DNA from: an uncultured Actinomycetota bacterium
GTDB taxonomy: Bacteria > Actinomycetota > Actinomycetes > CAWDCV01
Direction of reading: 5' to 3'
DNA length: 64,000 nucleotides
Assembly: GCA_963728125.1 (NCBI GenBank)
Contig: CAVSIZ010000001.1
Span: forward strand, 99,142 to 163,141
A program made the position numbers and the translations under genes. Shown here one piece after another: positions 19,902 to 29,988 of this stretch. The notes under the pieces are model-generated. The model did not search any database. It was not told the DNA's origin and was given only the letters and a program-made list of their open reading frames with translations. Within the stretch, counting starts at the first letter, position 1. Each line of letters starts with the position of its first letter.

Positions 19902-22228
19902 ATCTTCTCGACGGGTGCGTACCGCAGCAGCAGTCGTTTCGTTCCCGAGCTGCCGAAATCGATCGTGGCCTCCGCCTGCTCACCAGCGCCAGCCGTGGCC
20001 ACCACGACGCCGAGGCCGAACGCGTCGTGGCTGACGCGGTCCCCCGGCGCCAGCGCCACGACGACCCGATTCCCCGGTGAGCGCGCACCCGGTCGCGCGG
20101 CGACCCGGGCGATGGCGGGCGTGCTCGACGGCGCCGCTTCCACGCGTTGCCACGACACCCCGTCCTGCGGGAGCTCCTCGAGGAACCGCGACGCCGGGTT
20201 GTACGACGGCGAACCCCACGCACTGCGCATCACGGCACGGGAGACGTACAGCCGCTCCTGCGCACGGGTGATCCCGACGTACGCGAGCCGGCGCTCCTCC
20301 TCGAGCTCGGTCGGATCGCCGAGGGATCGCAGGTGCGGGAACACGCCGTCTTCGAGACCGGTGAGGAACACGACCGGGAACTCCAGGCCCTTGGCGGTAT
20401 GCAGCGTCATCAGCGTGACGACTCCGCCGTGCTCGTCGCCCTCGGGGATCTCGTCGGAGTCGGCGACGAGGGCCACTCGCTCGAGGAAGTCGGCGAGCGA
20501 TCCCTCCGGGGCGGCTTCCTCGAACTCACCGGCCACGGCGACGAGCTCGCGCAGGTTCTCCAGCCGGCTCTCGTCCTGGGGGTCGGGCGACGCCTGCAGC
20601 TCGGCGAGGTACCCGGTTCGACCGAGCACCTGCTCGAGGATCTGCGACGGCGGCGTTTCCGCGTCGACGAGATCGCGCAGGCCATCGATCAGCTCACGAA
20701 AGCCGAGCAGTGCTGTCAGCGAGCGAGCAGCGAGCCCCGGCGCGTCCTCGACCCGACGCAGCGCCTGCCAGAACGTGATCCGATCCCGCTCGGCCAGCGC
20801 CTGCACGCACGCCTGTGCCCGCTCTCCGATCCCCCGCTTCGGCACGTTGATGATGCGCCGAAGCGACACGGCGTCCTCGGGGTTGGCGAGCAGGCGCAGG
20901 TACGCCAGCGCATCGCGCACCTCGCGTCGCTCGTAGAAGCGCACCCCGCCGACCACCTTGTACGGCATGCCGACGCGGATGAACACCTCCTCGAATACCC
21001 GGCTCATCGCGTTGGTGCGGTAGAAGACCGCGGTGTCGCCGTACGTCGCCAGGCCGGCGTCGGACAGCTTGTCGATCTCGCCCGCGACGAACGCCGCCTC
21101 GTCGTGCTCGTTGTCGGCGACGTAGCCGACGATGGGCGCGCCGAGACCCTTGTCCGACCACAACCGCTTGTCCTTGCGGCCGCGGTTTCGACTGATCACG
21201 GCGTTGGCGGCGGTGAGAATGGTCTGCGTCGACCGGTAGTTCTGCTCGAGCAGCACGATCCGCGCGTTGGGGAAGTCTCGCTCGAACTCGAGGATGTTGC
21301 GGATCGTGGCTCCGCGAAAGGCGTAGATCGACTGGTCGGCGTCACCGACCACGCACAGCTCGGCCGGATCGTCGGTCCCGACAAGTTCGCGAATGAGTAC
21401 GTACTGCGCGTGGTTGGTGTCTTGGTATTCGTCGACGAGCACATGCCGGAACCGTCGCCGGTAGTGCTCGGCGACGTCGGGAAACGCCTGCAGCAGGTTG
21501 ACCGTCGTCATGATGAGGTCGTCGAAGTCCAGGGCGTTGCCCTGGCGCAGCCGCTGCTGGTACAGCGTGTAGCACTCGGCGTAGGTCTTCTCGATGAAGT
21601 TCCCGGCCCTACCGGCGAACGTCTCCTCGTCGACGAGCTCGTTCTTGAGGTTGCTGACGTACGCGGAGATCGCGCGCGGCGGGAAGCGTTTCGGGTCGAG
21701 ATCGAGGTCGCGGACGACCAGCCTCATCAGTCGTTCGGAGTCGGCCTGGTCGTAGATCGAGAAACTGGAGTTGAACCCCAGGTGGCTGGCTTCGCGGCGC
21801 AGGATGCGTACGCAGGCGGAGTGGAACGTCGACACCCACATCGCCCGAGCCCGGCGACCGACCAGCGCCGCAACCCGCTCCTTCATCTCGCCGGCGGCCT
21901 TGTTGGTGAACGTGATCGCGAGCACCTGGCCGGGCTGCACCTTGCGAGCGGCGAGCAGGTAGGCCACGCGGTGGGTGAGGACGCGCGTCTTGCCCGAGCC
22001 CGCGCCGGCCACGATCAGCAGCGGGCTGCCCTCGTGCTCGACGGCGTCTCGCTGGGGTGGGTTCAGGCCGTCGAGCAGCGCCGCGATGGTGTCGTTGCGG
22101 CGCTTCTCTGCGGCGTCGTCCGCGGCGGGATCGGTCCCCGACAACCGAAGGTCGTCGAAGAGCGTGGACACGCGGTCAGAGTACGTCCGCGGACCGACGA
22201 CCTCGCGCAGGCCACCGCCGTCGAGCAT
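19898..22228 (-). CDS. pcrA: ATP-dependent DNA helicase PcrA/UvrD family
   Basis: Walker A GAGSGKT, helicase motifs I-VI, and the PcrA-type C-terminal domain. The start could instead be the downstream GTG. Confidence 0.9.
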   Translation of the reverse strand: MLDGGGLREVVGPRTYSDRVSTLFDDLRLSGTDPAADDAAEKRRNDTIAALLDGLNPPQRDAVEHEGSPLLIVAGAGSGKTRVLTHRVAYLLAARKVQPGQVLAITFTNKAAGEMKERVAALVGRRARAMWVSTFHSACVRILRREASHLGFNSSFSIYDQADSERLMRLVVRDLDLDPKRFPPRAISAYVSNLKNELVDEETFAGRAGNFIEKTYAECYTLYQQRLRQGNALDFDDLIMTTVNLLQAFPDVAEHYRRRFRHVLVDEYQDTNHAQYVLIRELVGTDDPAELCVVGDADQSIYAFRGATIRNILEFERDFPNARIVLLEQNYRSTQTILTAANAVISRNRGRKDKRLWSDKGLGAPIVGYVADNEHDEAAFVAGEIDKLSDAGLATYGDTAVFYRTNAMSRVFEEVFIRVGMPYKVVGGVRFYERREVRDALAYLRLLANPEDAVSLRRIINVPKRGIGERAQACVQALAERDRITFWQALRRVEDAPGLAARSLTALLGFRELIDGLRDLVDAETPPSQILEQVLGRTGYLAELQASPDPQDESRLENLRELVAVAGEFEEAAPEGSLADFLERVALVADSDEIPEGDEHGGVVTLMTLHTAKGLEFPVVFLTGLEDGVFPHLRSLGDPTELEEERRLAYVGITRAQERLYVSRAVMRSAWGSPSYNPASRFLEELPQDGVSWQRVEAAPSSTPAIARVAARPGARSPGNRVVVALAPGDRVSHDAFGLGVVVATAGAGEQAEATIDFGSSGTKRLLLRYAPVEKI

Positions 22229-22260
22229 GCGCTCGGGCCCCCGATTCCTAGGATGACGGG

Positions 22261-23001
22261 GTGAGCGATGACGTGCAGCCGGCTCCGGCAGAACCCGAGG
22301 TCGAGCGCGTGCTCGTCGTCGTCGCCCATCCCGACGACGTCGACTTCGGTTCCGCGGGAACGATGGCCCTCTGGACGAAGTCAGGCATCGAGGTCACGTA
22401 CTGCATCGCCACCGACGGCGACGCCGGCGGCTTCGACCCCGCGGTGGCACGCACCGACATCCCGGGCATCCGCCGCGCGGAGCAGGAGGCGGCCGCGGCT
22501 GAGGTCGGGGTCTTCGACGTGCGCTTCCTGGGTTACCGGGACGGCGCGTTGACGCCGAGCCTGGAGCTGCGCCGCGACATCAGCCGGATCATCCGGCAGG
22601 TACGGCCGCAGCGGGTGGTGATGCAGACCCCGGAGATCATCTGGCGACGGATGGCGGCGTCGCATCCTGACCACCGTGCCGCGGGCGAGGCCACGCTGGC
22701 GGCGGTCTATCCCGATGCGCGCAACCCGTACGCGCACCCTGAACTGCTTCTCGACGAGGGTCTGGAAGCCTGGACCGTGCGGGAGATCTGGCTGTCACCG
22801 GCGGCGAACCCGGACAGGTACATCGACGTCACCGACACCTTCGACCGGAAGCTGGCCGCGCTGCGAGCACACGTCAGCCAGACCGCTCACATGGACAACC
22901 TGGAAACGATGGTGCGCGGCTGGCTCGGCGAGAACGCGCGTGTCGCCGGCCTCCCTGACGGGCACCTGGCCGAAGCGTTCGCCGTCTACCAGATGCCCTA
23001 A
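22261..23001 (+). CDS. PIG-L (LmbE) family deacetylase
   Basis: VVVVAHPDDVDFG zinc-binding motif and a PIG-L fold length of about 246 aa. Confidence 0.8.
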   Translation: MSDDVQPAPAEPEVERVLVVVAHPDDVDFGSAGTMALWTKSGIEVTYCIATDGDAGGFDPAVARTDIPGIRRAEQEAAAAEVGVFDVRFLGYRDGALTPSLELRRDISRIIRQVRPQRVVMQTPEIIWRRMAASHPDHRAAGEATLAAVYPDARNPYAHPELLLDEGLEAWTVREIWLSPAANPDRYIDVTDTFDRKLAALRAHVSQTAHMDNLETMVRGWLGENARVAGLPDGHLAEAFAVYQMP

Positions 23002-23006
23002 CTCGC

Positions 23007-23081
23007 CCGCCTCATGATCGAGTGATTCCAGGCACGAACTCTCGCGGCGTGTCGTCGCGATCTGGCATCACACGAGGGCGG
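23007..23081 (-). repeat. Degenerate hairpin element carrying the CGGCGTGTCGTCG core, related to family 1, between the convergent PIG-L and response-regulator genes
   Basis: CCGCCTCATGATCGAGTGATTCCAGG ... CGGCGTGTCGTCG ... CTGGCATCACACGAGGGCGG. The arms are imperfect and the core is identical to that of the 44780 copy. Confidence 0.55.
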
Positions 23082-23085
23082 ACCG

Positions 23086-23706
23086 CTACACCAAGCGGCG
23101 GTCGGTCGCCCAGCGGGTGAGCTCGTGCCGGTTGGACAGTTGGAGCTTGCGCAGCACGGACGACACGTGCGTCTCGACCGTCTTCACCGAGATGAAGAGC
23201 TCCCGCGCAACCTCCTTGTAGGCGTAACCGCGCGCGATCAGCCGCAACACCTCACGCTCCCGCTGGGTCAGCCGATCGAGGTCCTCGTCGAGCGGCGGTA
23301 CGTCGGTCGCCGCGAAGGCATCAAGGACGAAGCCAGCCAGCCGCGGCGAGAACACCGCGTCGTCCTCCGACACTCGCCGGATCGCGTCAGCCAGGTCGGG
23401 GCCGGTGATCGACTTGGTCACGTACCCGCGCGCCCCCGCACGGATCACGCCGATCACGTCTTCAGCCGCGTCCGACACCGACAGCGCCAGGAACCGTACG
23501 TCCGGCAGCGTCGGTACGAGCTGGCGCAGCACCTCGACGCCGCCACCGCCGGGCAGGTGCACGTCGAGCAGCACCACATCCGGAGTCGACGCTTGAATCA
23601 CCGACAGCGCCGACGGGACGTCTTCGGCCTCGCCCACCACGTCGACGCTCGGCCCGAGTTCGGCTCGGACCCCCGTCCGAAACATCCGGTGGTCATCGAC
23701 CAGCAC
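23086..23706 (-). CDS. NarL/LuxR-family response regulator
   Basis: REC domain (LVDDH...D) plus a C-terminal LuxR-type HTH (EVLRLIARGYAYKEVAREL...). The GTG start is 18 nt after the kinase stop. Confidence 0.88.
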   Translation of the reverse strand: MLVDDHRMFRTGVRAELGPSVDVVGEAEDVPSALSVIQASTPDVVLLDVHLPGGGGVEVLRQLVPTLPDVRFLALSVSDAAEDVIGVIRAGARGYVTKSITGPDLADAIRRVSEDDAVFSPRLAGFVLDAFAATDVPPLDEDLDRLTQREREVLRLIARGYAYKEVARELFISVKTVETHVSSVLRKLQLSNRHELTRWATDRRLV

Positions 23707-23724
23707 GACACGGGCGACGCGCCA

Positions 23725-25080
23725 TCAATCGCTCCTCGGCATCTCGAGCTTCACCTCGGTGCCGTCACCGGGCGCACTACGCACCACCGCCGACCCACCG
23801 TTGCGCTGCATGCGTCCGATGATGGACTGCCGTACGCCCATCCTGTCCTCCGGCAGGTCGTCCGGATCGAATCCGCGGCCACGATCCCGGACGAAGATCG
23901 TCAAGAGTTCCGGTTCCACCTCGGCGTAGACCGAGATCGTCGGCGCGCCGGAGTACTTCGCGGCGTTGACCATCGCCTCCCGGGCCGCTTGCAGCGCGGC
24001 GCCGGAATGGTCGTCCAGTGCCCCATCGCCGACGGCGACGACCTCGATCGGTACGGAGTGCGCGTCCTCGACCTCGCCCGCCAGTCGCTCCAGCGCCGCT
24101 GCGAGGGTGGCATCCGGATCGGCGACCGGCTTGTACAGCCACGCCCGCAGCTCCCGCTCCTGGCTGCGCGCGAGGCGCTGAACCTCGCGCGGATCGTCGA
24201 CGTTGCGCTGGATCAAGGTCAGCGTGTGTAGCACCGAGTCGTGGACGTGCGCCGCCACCTCGGCCCGCTCCTGCGTGCGGATGCGTTCGAGCCGCTCGTC
24301 GGACAGGTCGCGGAACAGGCGGAGGAGGTACGGGCCGGCGATGAGCAGCAGGCCGATCAGGACGACGAGCGTCGCGAGCAACACCCGGCCCGCGTCCTGC
24401 AGCTGACCGCGAATCGCGAGGAACGCGCCCCCGCCGGCGAGCACGAGCGCGACCCCGGCGGCAAAGCGCAGCCATCCGCTCGGTGAGTCGCTTGTCGCCG
24501 CCCGCCGCCAGCGCCGCCGCTGCAGCTCGTCGGCTTCGCGCCACAGCAGGACGACCCCGAGGCCAGCGATCGCGAGCGGCCAGAACAGCGTGCCGCCGAT
24601 GCCGAAACCCAGCACCCGAGCCAGCAGCAACGCCCCGACGGTCAGCGCCACGAGGGCGATCAGCTGGCCGACATCCCGCCCGCGGCCGGCGACGGCCGGC
24701 GATGCAGCGGCATTCGGAGCCGCCGGCGCTGGAGCCTGTGGCACGAAGAGCCAGAAGGCGGCGTACATCATGACGCCGGCGCCGGAGGCGAACGTGAGCG
24801 CCACGAACGCGATCCGGACCAGCACCACGTTGACACCGAGGTGGTCCGCGAGTCCGCGCGCCACTCCGGCCACCAGCCGGCCATCGGTGGCCCGGTAGTA
24901 ACGGGGTACACCGGACGGGGTGAGCGGGCCCGACGAGCGGGGTGCTCGAACCCGCGGTCCCGGCGCCCACGGCGGCAGGCCGGGCGCTCCGAACCCCGGA
25001 CCTGGCGCCCCCTCCGGCCCGCGGGCGGACGGGCCCGGACCGCCTCGGGGTGCCTGAGTGCCGAGCGCAGGCGTCGGCAT
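23725..25080 (-). CDS. Sensor histidine kinase with N-terminal PspC domain (PspC-HisKA_3-HATPase_c)
   Basis: PspC domain (RYYRATDGRLVAGVARGLADHLGVN), TM helices, H-box (AHVHDSVLHTL) and HATPase motifs. The start is taken at MPTPALG; the upstream in-frame extension is Arg-rich and not PspC-like. Confidence 0.8.
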   Translation of the reverse strand: MPTPALGTQAPRGGPGPSARGPEGAPGPGFGAPGLPPWAPGPRVRAPRSSGPLTPSGVPRYYRATDGRLVAGVARGLADHLGVNVVLVRIAFVALTFASGAGVMMYAAFWLFVPQAPAPAAPNAAASPAVAGRGRDVGQLIALVALTVGALLLARVLGFGIGGTLFWPLAIAGLGVVLLWREADELQRRRWRRAATSDSPSGWLRFAAGVALVLAGGGAFLAIRGQLQDAGRVLLATLVVLIGLLLIAGPYLLRLFRDLSDERLERIRTQERAEVAAHVHDSVLHTLTLIQRNVDDPREVQRLARSQERELRAWLYKPVADPDATLAAALERLAGEVEDAHSVPIEVVAVGDGALDDHSGAALQAAREAMVNAAKYSGAPTISVYAEVEPELLTIFVRDRGRGFDPDDLPEDRMGVRQSIIGRMQRNGGSAVVRSAPGDGTEVKLEMPRSD

Positions 25081-25211
25081 GGGCGTGCTCACCCCCCGAT
25101 GGTCACACGCCGCTGCCACTGCGCACATCGGGGAGAGGCCGGTGTTCTGCCGGGGTCGCCTCAGGGTTGACGTCAGGGCCGCGCCCGATGTGGCACCCCC
25201 ACTGATCCCGC

Positions 25212-26585
25212 TTGGATGGGGGCATGTCCGAGGAGCAGGCACCCGGCACCGGCCGCGCCGCGCCGACATCGCCGACATCTACGCCGACGCCCGAGCCGTC
25301 GGCTGACTCCCCGGGCAGGACGCCGATACGGCGCAGTACCCAGGACCGCTACATCGCGGGGGTGTGTGGCGGGCTGGGACGGGCCACCGACGTCGATCCG
25401 GTGATCTACCGGGTGGTGCTCGCCGTCCTGACCCTGTTCGGCGGGATCGGCGTCCTGCTGTATGCCCTCGGCTGGCTGCTCATCCCAGCCGAGAACGAGG
25501 AGCAGTCGGAGGTGCAGAAGCTGCTCTCTGGCCGCGGCCGATCCTCCTCCGTACTCCCCCTCATCGCCGTCGCGATCAGCACGATCCTGGTCATCGCATT
25601 CATTACCGCCGGCTCCGACGTCGCGATTCTCGTCATCCTCGCGTTCGTCGTGCTCGCGGTCGTCCTCAGCAAGCAGCGCCAGGAGGGGCGCCCGAGCACG
25701 GAGCCGACCGCGGCGCCCGCCGGACCTGACGCGAGCACACCCCCCGCAGGCGCACCTCCCGTACCGGCACCGGATCCGCGCTGGATGCCGCCCTCCTACC
25801 GGACCGGCGCGTATACGGCGGCCAGCTTCAGTGCCCCCTGGCCCGGTGACCCCTACGCCGTGCCCGCGACGTCCGAACCAACCGCGCCGCCTGCCAAGCG
25901 CGAGCGGCAAGCGTCCTGGCTCGGTTTCGTCACGCTGGCGGTCGCCGCAGTGGTCGGCGGCGTCATGGTCGCCGCCGGCGTCCCGGACGACAGCGGCACC
26001 GGCGTCCCCGCCATCGCCGCGACTGTCCTCGTCATCATCGGCCTCGGCCTCGTTGTCGGCACCTGGGCCGGACGCTCGCGCGGCCTCATCGCCTGGGGCA
26101 TCCTCACCACCCTGGTTCTCGTCGCGATCGCGACGTTCGACGTGCCGCTGCGCGGCGGTACGGGTCAGCGCATCTGGGATCCCTCGACCGTCGCCGCAGC
26201 CGAAGCCGCGCCCTACCGCCTCGCCGCCGGAGAGGGAACGCTCGATCTCAGCGACCTCGTGGTCGCGCCCGGCACCACCGCAGATGTCGAGGCCAGCGTG
26301 ACGGCAGGCCGACTCGTCGTGGACGTACCGGCGGACGCGACAATCGAGGTCAACGGGCATGTCGGCATGGGCCACCTCGCACTGCTGACGGATCCCCAGC
26401 GGCGCGTCGATCGGGGTGGCTTCAACGTGTCGGCCGACTACACCGACAGCCCCGACACGTCGCGACCGCCGACCGGAACGGAAAGCCCGGACTCGACGAC
26501 CGAGGAACCGGCCGGCAGGATCGTCCTCGACCTCGAAGTCGGGCTCGGGGAGTTGGAGGTACGGCGTGCGACGGCATCGCGCTGA
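25212..26585 (+). CDS. PspC domain-containing membrane protein (divergent from the PspC-kinase)
   Basis: N-terminal PspC domain (RSTQDRYIAGVCGGLGRATDVDPVIYRVV), multiple TM helices and a long C-terminal extracytoplasmic domain. Confidence 0.7.
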   Translation: MDGGMSEEQAPGTGRAAPTSPTSTPTPEPSADSPGRTPIRRSTQDRYIAGVCGGLGRATDVDPVIYRVVLAVLTLFGGIGVLLYALGWLLIPAENEEQSEVQKLLSGRGRSSSVLPLIAVAISTILVIAFITAGSDVAILVILAFVVLAVVLSKQRQEGRPSTEPTAAPAGPDASTPPAGAPPVPAPDPRWMPPSYRTGAYTAASFSAPWPGDPYAVPATSEPTAPPAKRERQASWLGFVTLAVAAVVGGVMVAAGVPDDSGTGVPAIAATVLVIIGLGLVVGTWAGRSRGLIAWGILTTLVLVAIATFDVPLRGGTGQRIWDPSTVAAAEAAPYRLAAGEGTLDLSDLVVAPGTTADVEASVTAGRLVVDVPADATIEVNGHVGMGHLALLTDPQRRVDRGGFNVSADYTDSPDTSRPPTGTESPDSTTEEPAGRIVLDLEVGLGELEVRRATASR

Positions 26586-26778
26586 CCTGACCTCTCTCCT
26601 CGCGGGCGCCGTCTTCCTCGCGATCGGTGTCGTCTACCTCGGTGCAATCCATACCGGCACCCGTCTCGACCCCGGCTGGGTGCTGGCGCTCGGCCTGCTC
26701 GGGCTCGGCGCGGCGGGACTGATCGGGTCGCTGTGGAGTGCTCGCCGCGAGCGGCGCAGCAACAGAGAAACGCCTTAG
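26566..26778 (+). CDS. Small 2-TM membrane protein (about 70 aa), possible partner of the PspC-domain protein
   Basis: The GTG start overlaps the upstream gene end by 20 nt. It is hydrophobic (LAGAVFLAIGVVYLGAI...LALGLLGLGAAGLIGSLW). There is no homology evidence. Confidence 0.3.
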   Translation: MRRHRADLTSLLAGAVFLAIGVVYLGAIHTGTRLDPGWVLALGLLGLGAAGLIGSLWSARRERRSNRETP

Positions 26779-26796
26779 GTGCTGGCTTAACCGACG

Positions 26797-27852
26797 CTAA
26801 GCGGCGATCTCGAATGCGGCGCGTGCCGACAGCGCGGTGTCGGGATAGTCGCTGAACACGCCGTCCAGGCCCGCTGCGAAGAACAGCGCGTACTCCTCTG
26901 CTGCCTTGCCCCGCGCCCCGGGATCCGTGCCCATGCGAAGGTCCGAGGGCAGGAACGTGTTCTCGTCGCGGAACGTGTACGCGTGCACGACGAGGCCGGC
27001 GTCGTGAGCCCGAGACACCAGAGGCGTCGCCGGCATCAATGCACCGGTCGTGTCGCGGGGCAGGATCAACCCCTTGCTCGGGCCGATGCCATCGGCGTAC
27101 GACGCGATCTCTGCGAGCCCCGACGGGGTGACGAGGTCGCCGTAGCTGCGCGCCCGACCAGCCGCGGCCAGGTCATGCGGGCCACCCGTCGCACCAATCA
27201 GCTGCACGAGCGGGACGCGCAGGTCTCGTCGCAGCAGACGCAGGTTGGTGGTCTCGAAGGACTGGACGACCACCCTCCCGTCGGGAACGTTCAGGCCGTT
27301 GACCTCGAGGCATTGGACGAGCGGTTCGTGGTGCGGCAACCCGATCGAGGCGAAGTAGGTCGGGCTCTTCGTCTCGGGATAGATGCCGATCTGCCGACCG
27401 ACCCGTGCCGACTCGCTGCGCACGAGGTCGATGACCTCCTGCAGCGTCGGCACCGGCTCGCGACCCTCGTACCGCCGGTTCAGCGGACGCAGGGCCGGGA
27501 GCCGCTCTCGCGCCCGCAGCGTGCGCAGCTCGGCCAGGGTGAAGTCCTCGCTGAACCAGCCGCTGACACGCGTGCCGTCGATCGTCTTGGTGGTGCGCCG
27601 GTCCGCGAACTCCGGCCGTTGCGCCACATCGGTCGTACCGCTGAGTTCGTTCTCGTGGCGGGCCACCAGCACACCGTCCGCGGTGACGACGAGATCCGGC
27701 TCGACGTAGTCGGCGCCCAGCGCGATCGCCAGCCGGTACGAGCCCAAGGTGTGCTCGGGGCGGTAGCCGCTGGCGCCGCGATGCGCGATGACGACGGGAT
27801 GGTCGCGGGAAAAGAGCATGTCTCCAGGCAACTGGCAGCGCAGTACGTCCAA
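26797..27852 (-). CDS. glpQ: Glycerophosphodiester phosphodiesterase
   Basis: GP-PDE signature (VIAHRGASGYRPEHTLGSYRLAI...EPDLVVTADG). Confidence 0.85.
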   Translation of the reverse strand: MDVLRCQLPGDMLFSRDHPVVIAHRGASGYRPEHTLGSYRLAIALGADYVEPDLVVTADGVLVARHENELSGTTDVAQRPEFADRRTTKTIDGTRVSGWFSEDFTLAELRTLRARERLPALRPLNRRYEGREPVPTLQEVIDLVRSESARVGRQIGIYPETKSPTYFASIGLPHHEPLVQCLEVNGLNVPDGRVVVQSFETTNLRLLRRDLRVPLVQLIGATGGPHDLAAAGRARSYGDLVTPSGLAEIASYADGIGPSKGLILPRDTTGALMPATPLVSRAHDAGLVVHAYTFRDENTFLPSDLRMGTDPGARGKAAEEYALFFAAGLDGVFSDYPDTALSARAAFEIAA

Positions 27853-28015
27853 GCAAATTGGACGTTACCCAGAAATTACGAGGACAACGCCTCTCGGCCA
27901 TGTGGCGTCGACCACTGCGTCGACAGGTCGAGCGAGATCTGCGGGTAATCGTTGGGTGACGACGCGGCCGGATGGCAGGTCGACGATCGTTGGCCCGGTC
28001 CGCGGAGCAGGATTT

Positions 28016-28063
28016 CGTGTCAGAACGTGGCGCGGCTATGGCCGCGCCAGACTCTGACACGAG
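28016..28063. repeat. 50-bp near-palindromic hairpin element (family 3, copy 2), 33 nt upstream of the kinase GTG start
   Basis: TCGTGTCAGAACGTGGCGCGGCTATGGCCGCGCCAGACTCTGACACGAG is about 90% identical to the reverse complement of 6551..6600. Confidence 0.8.
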
Positions 28064-28096
28064 TGATGAACCGGTGCCGCCTGAGAAGATCTGCGG

Positions 28097-29347
28097 GTGA
28101 GTCCGGGACGGGTGGTCAGGCCGCTGGTGCGGCGGTCGACCTACCTGCGCGGGGTGTACCTGCTGCTCGGCGCGGTAGTGCTGCTGCCGTACGTGCTGCT
28201 TGCCACCGCGTTCGTTCAGCTCCTCAGCGACCCGAACGTCCCTGTCGCTGCGGCGCTGTCCCTGCTCGTGGTGGCGTTGCTGATCGTCGGCGTGCCGCCA
28301 TTCCTCGCGGGCACGCGCGCGCTCGAGATCGTGGCGGCGCGCACCCTGCTCGACGTCGACCTCCCCGATCCGGTCAGCGGCGGGCGCCTCGACAGGGAGA
28401 CCCGGCTGCGGGCCGGGCTGTGGTTCGCCATCCACCTCGCTGTCGGCGGGATCGTCGCGATCGGTCTGATCGTCGCGGTGCCCATGGCGATGGCGCTCGC
28501 TGCGCAACCGCTCGGCCTCGGCGCGGAATTGCTGGGCGAGGTTCAGCTGGGCCCGATCGACAGCTCCGACACCGGATGGTTGACCGTGGGCGGCATCGTG
28601 CTGCTGGTCAGTGTCGGGTACGCCGTTGCCGGCTTGGGCGCGCTGGCGGCCGTGATGGCGCCCACCCTGCTCGGCCCGTCGCCGCGCGAGCGCATCGCTG
28701 CGCTGGAACGGGCCACCGGTGTCCTCGCCGAGCGCACCCGACTTGCGCGCGAGCTGCACGACTCGGTCGGGCACGCGCTAACCGTCGTCACCGTGCAGGC
28801 GGCCGCCGCCCGCCGAGTCCTCGACGACGATCCCGAGTTCGCGCGGCGAGCGCTGCATGCCATCGAGGACAGCGGCCGGGCCGCCATGGACGACCTCGAC
28901 CACGTGCTCGGCCTGCTCCGCGACGACGACCGGTCGCGTACGACGCCGGCGCGCACGCTCACCGACCTGCCCGCCCTGGTGGCAGAAACCCGTGCCGCCG
29001 GGGTCCAGCTCGATGCCCGCGTCGAGGGTTCCCTCGGGCACGTTCCGGCGGCGGTGTCCCGGGAGGGTTACCGGGTCGTGCAGGAGGCCGTCACCAACGC
29101 GGTGCGGCACTCGGCCGGATCGGCCGTGCAGGTGACGGTGCAGGCGCGCGATGACCTGCTTGACATCGACGTCATCAATCCGTCGACAACGCACCTCTCC
29201 TCCTCGACCGGCGGCCGAGGGCTGGCAGGGATGCAGGAGCGCGTCGACGTGCTCGGTGGCCGGTTCACGGCCGGGATCGAGGGAGATGTGTGGCGGGTGC
29301 GGGCGCGGCTGCCCACCGGCGTACGACGGGTGCGCAGCAGCGGATGA
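28097..29347 (+). CDS. Sensor histidine kinase (HisKA_3 family, NarX/DesK-like)
   Basis: Multiple N-terminal TM helices, the H-box LARELHDSVGHAL, and the HATPase_c N/G boxes. Confidence 0.85.
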   Translation: MSPGRVVRPLVRRSTYLRGVYLLLGAVVLLPYVLLATAFVQLLSDPNVPVAAALSLLVVALLIVGVPPFLAGTRALEIVAARTLLDVDLPDPVSGGRLDRETRLRAGLWFAIHLAVGGIVAIGLIVAVPMAMALAAQPLGLGAELLGEVQLGPIDSSDTGWLTVGGIVLLVSVGYAVAGLGALAAVMAPTLLGPSPRERIAALERATGVLAERTRLARELHDSVGHALTVVTVQAAAARRVLDDDPEFARRALHAIEDSGRAAMDDLDHVLGLLRDDDRSRTTPARTLTDLPALVAETRAAGVQLDARVEGSLGHVPAAVSREGYRVVQEAVTNAVRHSAGSAVQVTVQARDDLLDIDVINPSTTHLSSSTGGRGLAGMQERVDVLGGRFTAGIEGDVWRVRARLPTGVRRVRSSG

Positions 29348-29988
29348 CGACTCGGATCCTGCTCGTCGACGACGACGCACTCATCCGCGCTGGCCTCCGC
29401 GCGATCCTCGACGCCGAGCCGGACCTGACAGTCGTTGGTGAGGCTGCCGACGGCGCCGAGGTCCCCGCCGCGGTCGCTCGAGTCAACCCGCACGTTGTCG
29501 TCATGGACGTGCGCATGCCGGCGATCGACGGCATTCAGGCCACCCGCCAGCTACTCACCCTTGCGTCGCCGCCGGTCGTGCTCGTGCTCACGACGTTCGA
29601 GAACGACGACTACGTGTACGAGGCGCTGCGTGCGGGCGCGAGCGGCTTCCTGCTGAAGCGCGCTCGACCGGCGGAGATCATCGAAGCCGTTCGCGTGGTT
29701 GCTGCCGGCGAGTCCCTGCTCTTCCCGACCGCGCTGCGTCGCCTCGTGGCAGCTGCGGGCCGCCCCGGCTCTGATCAGCTCCGCTCCGCCAGCCTGACCG
29801 CGCGTGAAGCCGAGGTCCTCCGCCTCATGGCCGCCGGGCTGTCCAACGCCGAAATCGCTGGGCAGCTCTACCTCAGCGGGGAGACCGTGAAGACCCACGT
29901 GGGCAACGTGCTGGCGAAGCTCGGCGTACGCGATCGTACGCAAGCCGTCATTGCGGCGTACGAGTCCGGATTCGTGCCTGTTTCCTAG
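29344..29988 (+). CDS. NarL/LuxR-family response regulator
   Basis: REC domain (ILLVDDD) plus a LuxR HTH (EVLRLMAAGLSNAEIAGQL). Its start overlaps the kinase stop (ATGA). Confidence 0.88.
   Translation: MTTRILLVDDDALIRAGLRAILDAEPDLTVVGEAADGAEVPAAVARVNPHVVVMDVRMPAIDGIQATRQLLTLASPPVVLVLTTFENDDYVYEALRAGASGFLLKRARPAEIIEAVRVVAAGESLLFPTALRRLVAAAGRPGSDQLRSASLTAREAEVLRLMAAGLSNAEIAGQLYLSGETVKTHVGNVLAKLGVRDRTQAVIAAYESGFVPVS

Noticed and set aside
20147-22264. 705-aa plus-strand ORF opposite pcrA
   Set aside because: It is antisense to a helicase with all UvrD motifs. A long open antisense frame like this is an artefact of 70% GC and third-position bias.
23777-24970. 397-aa minus-strand ORF and 368-aa plus-strand ORF (23125..24231) overlapping the histidine kinase and response regulator
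   Set aside because: These are alternative frames of well-supported TCS genes, Arg/Gly-rich and without motifs.
27173-28774. 533-aa minus-strand ORF spanning glpQ and the sensor kinase
   Set aside because: It crosses an intergenic repeat and two oppositely oriented real genes, with spurious Arg-rich composition.
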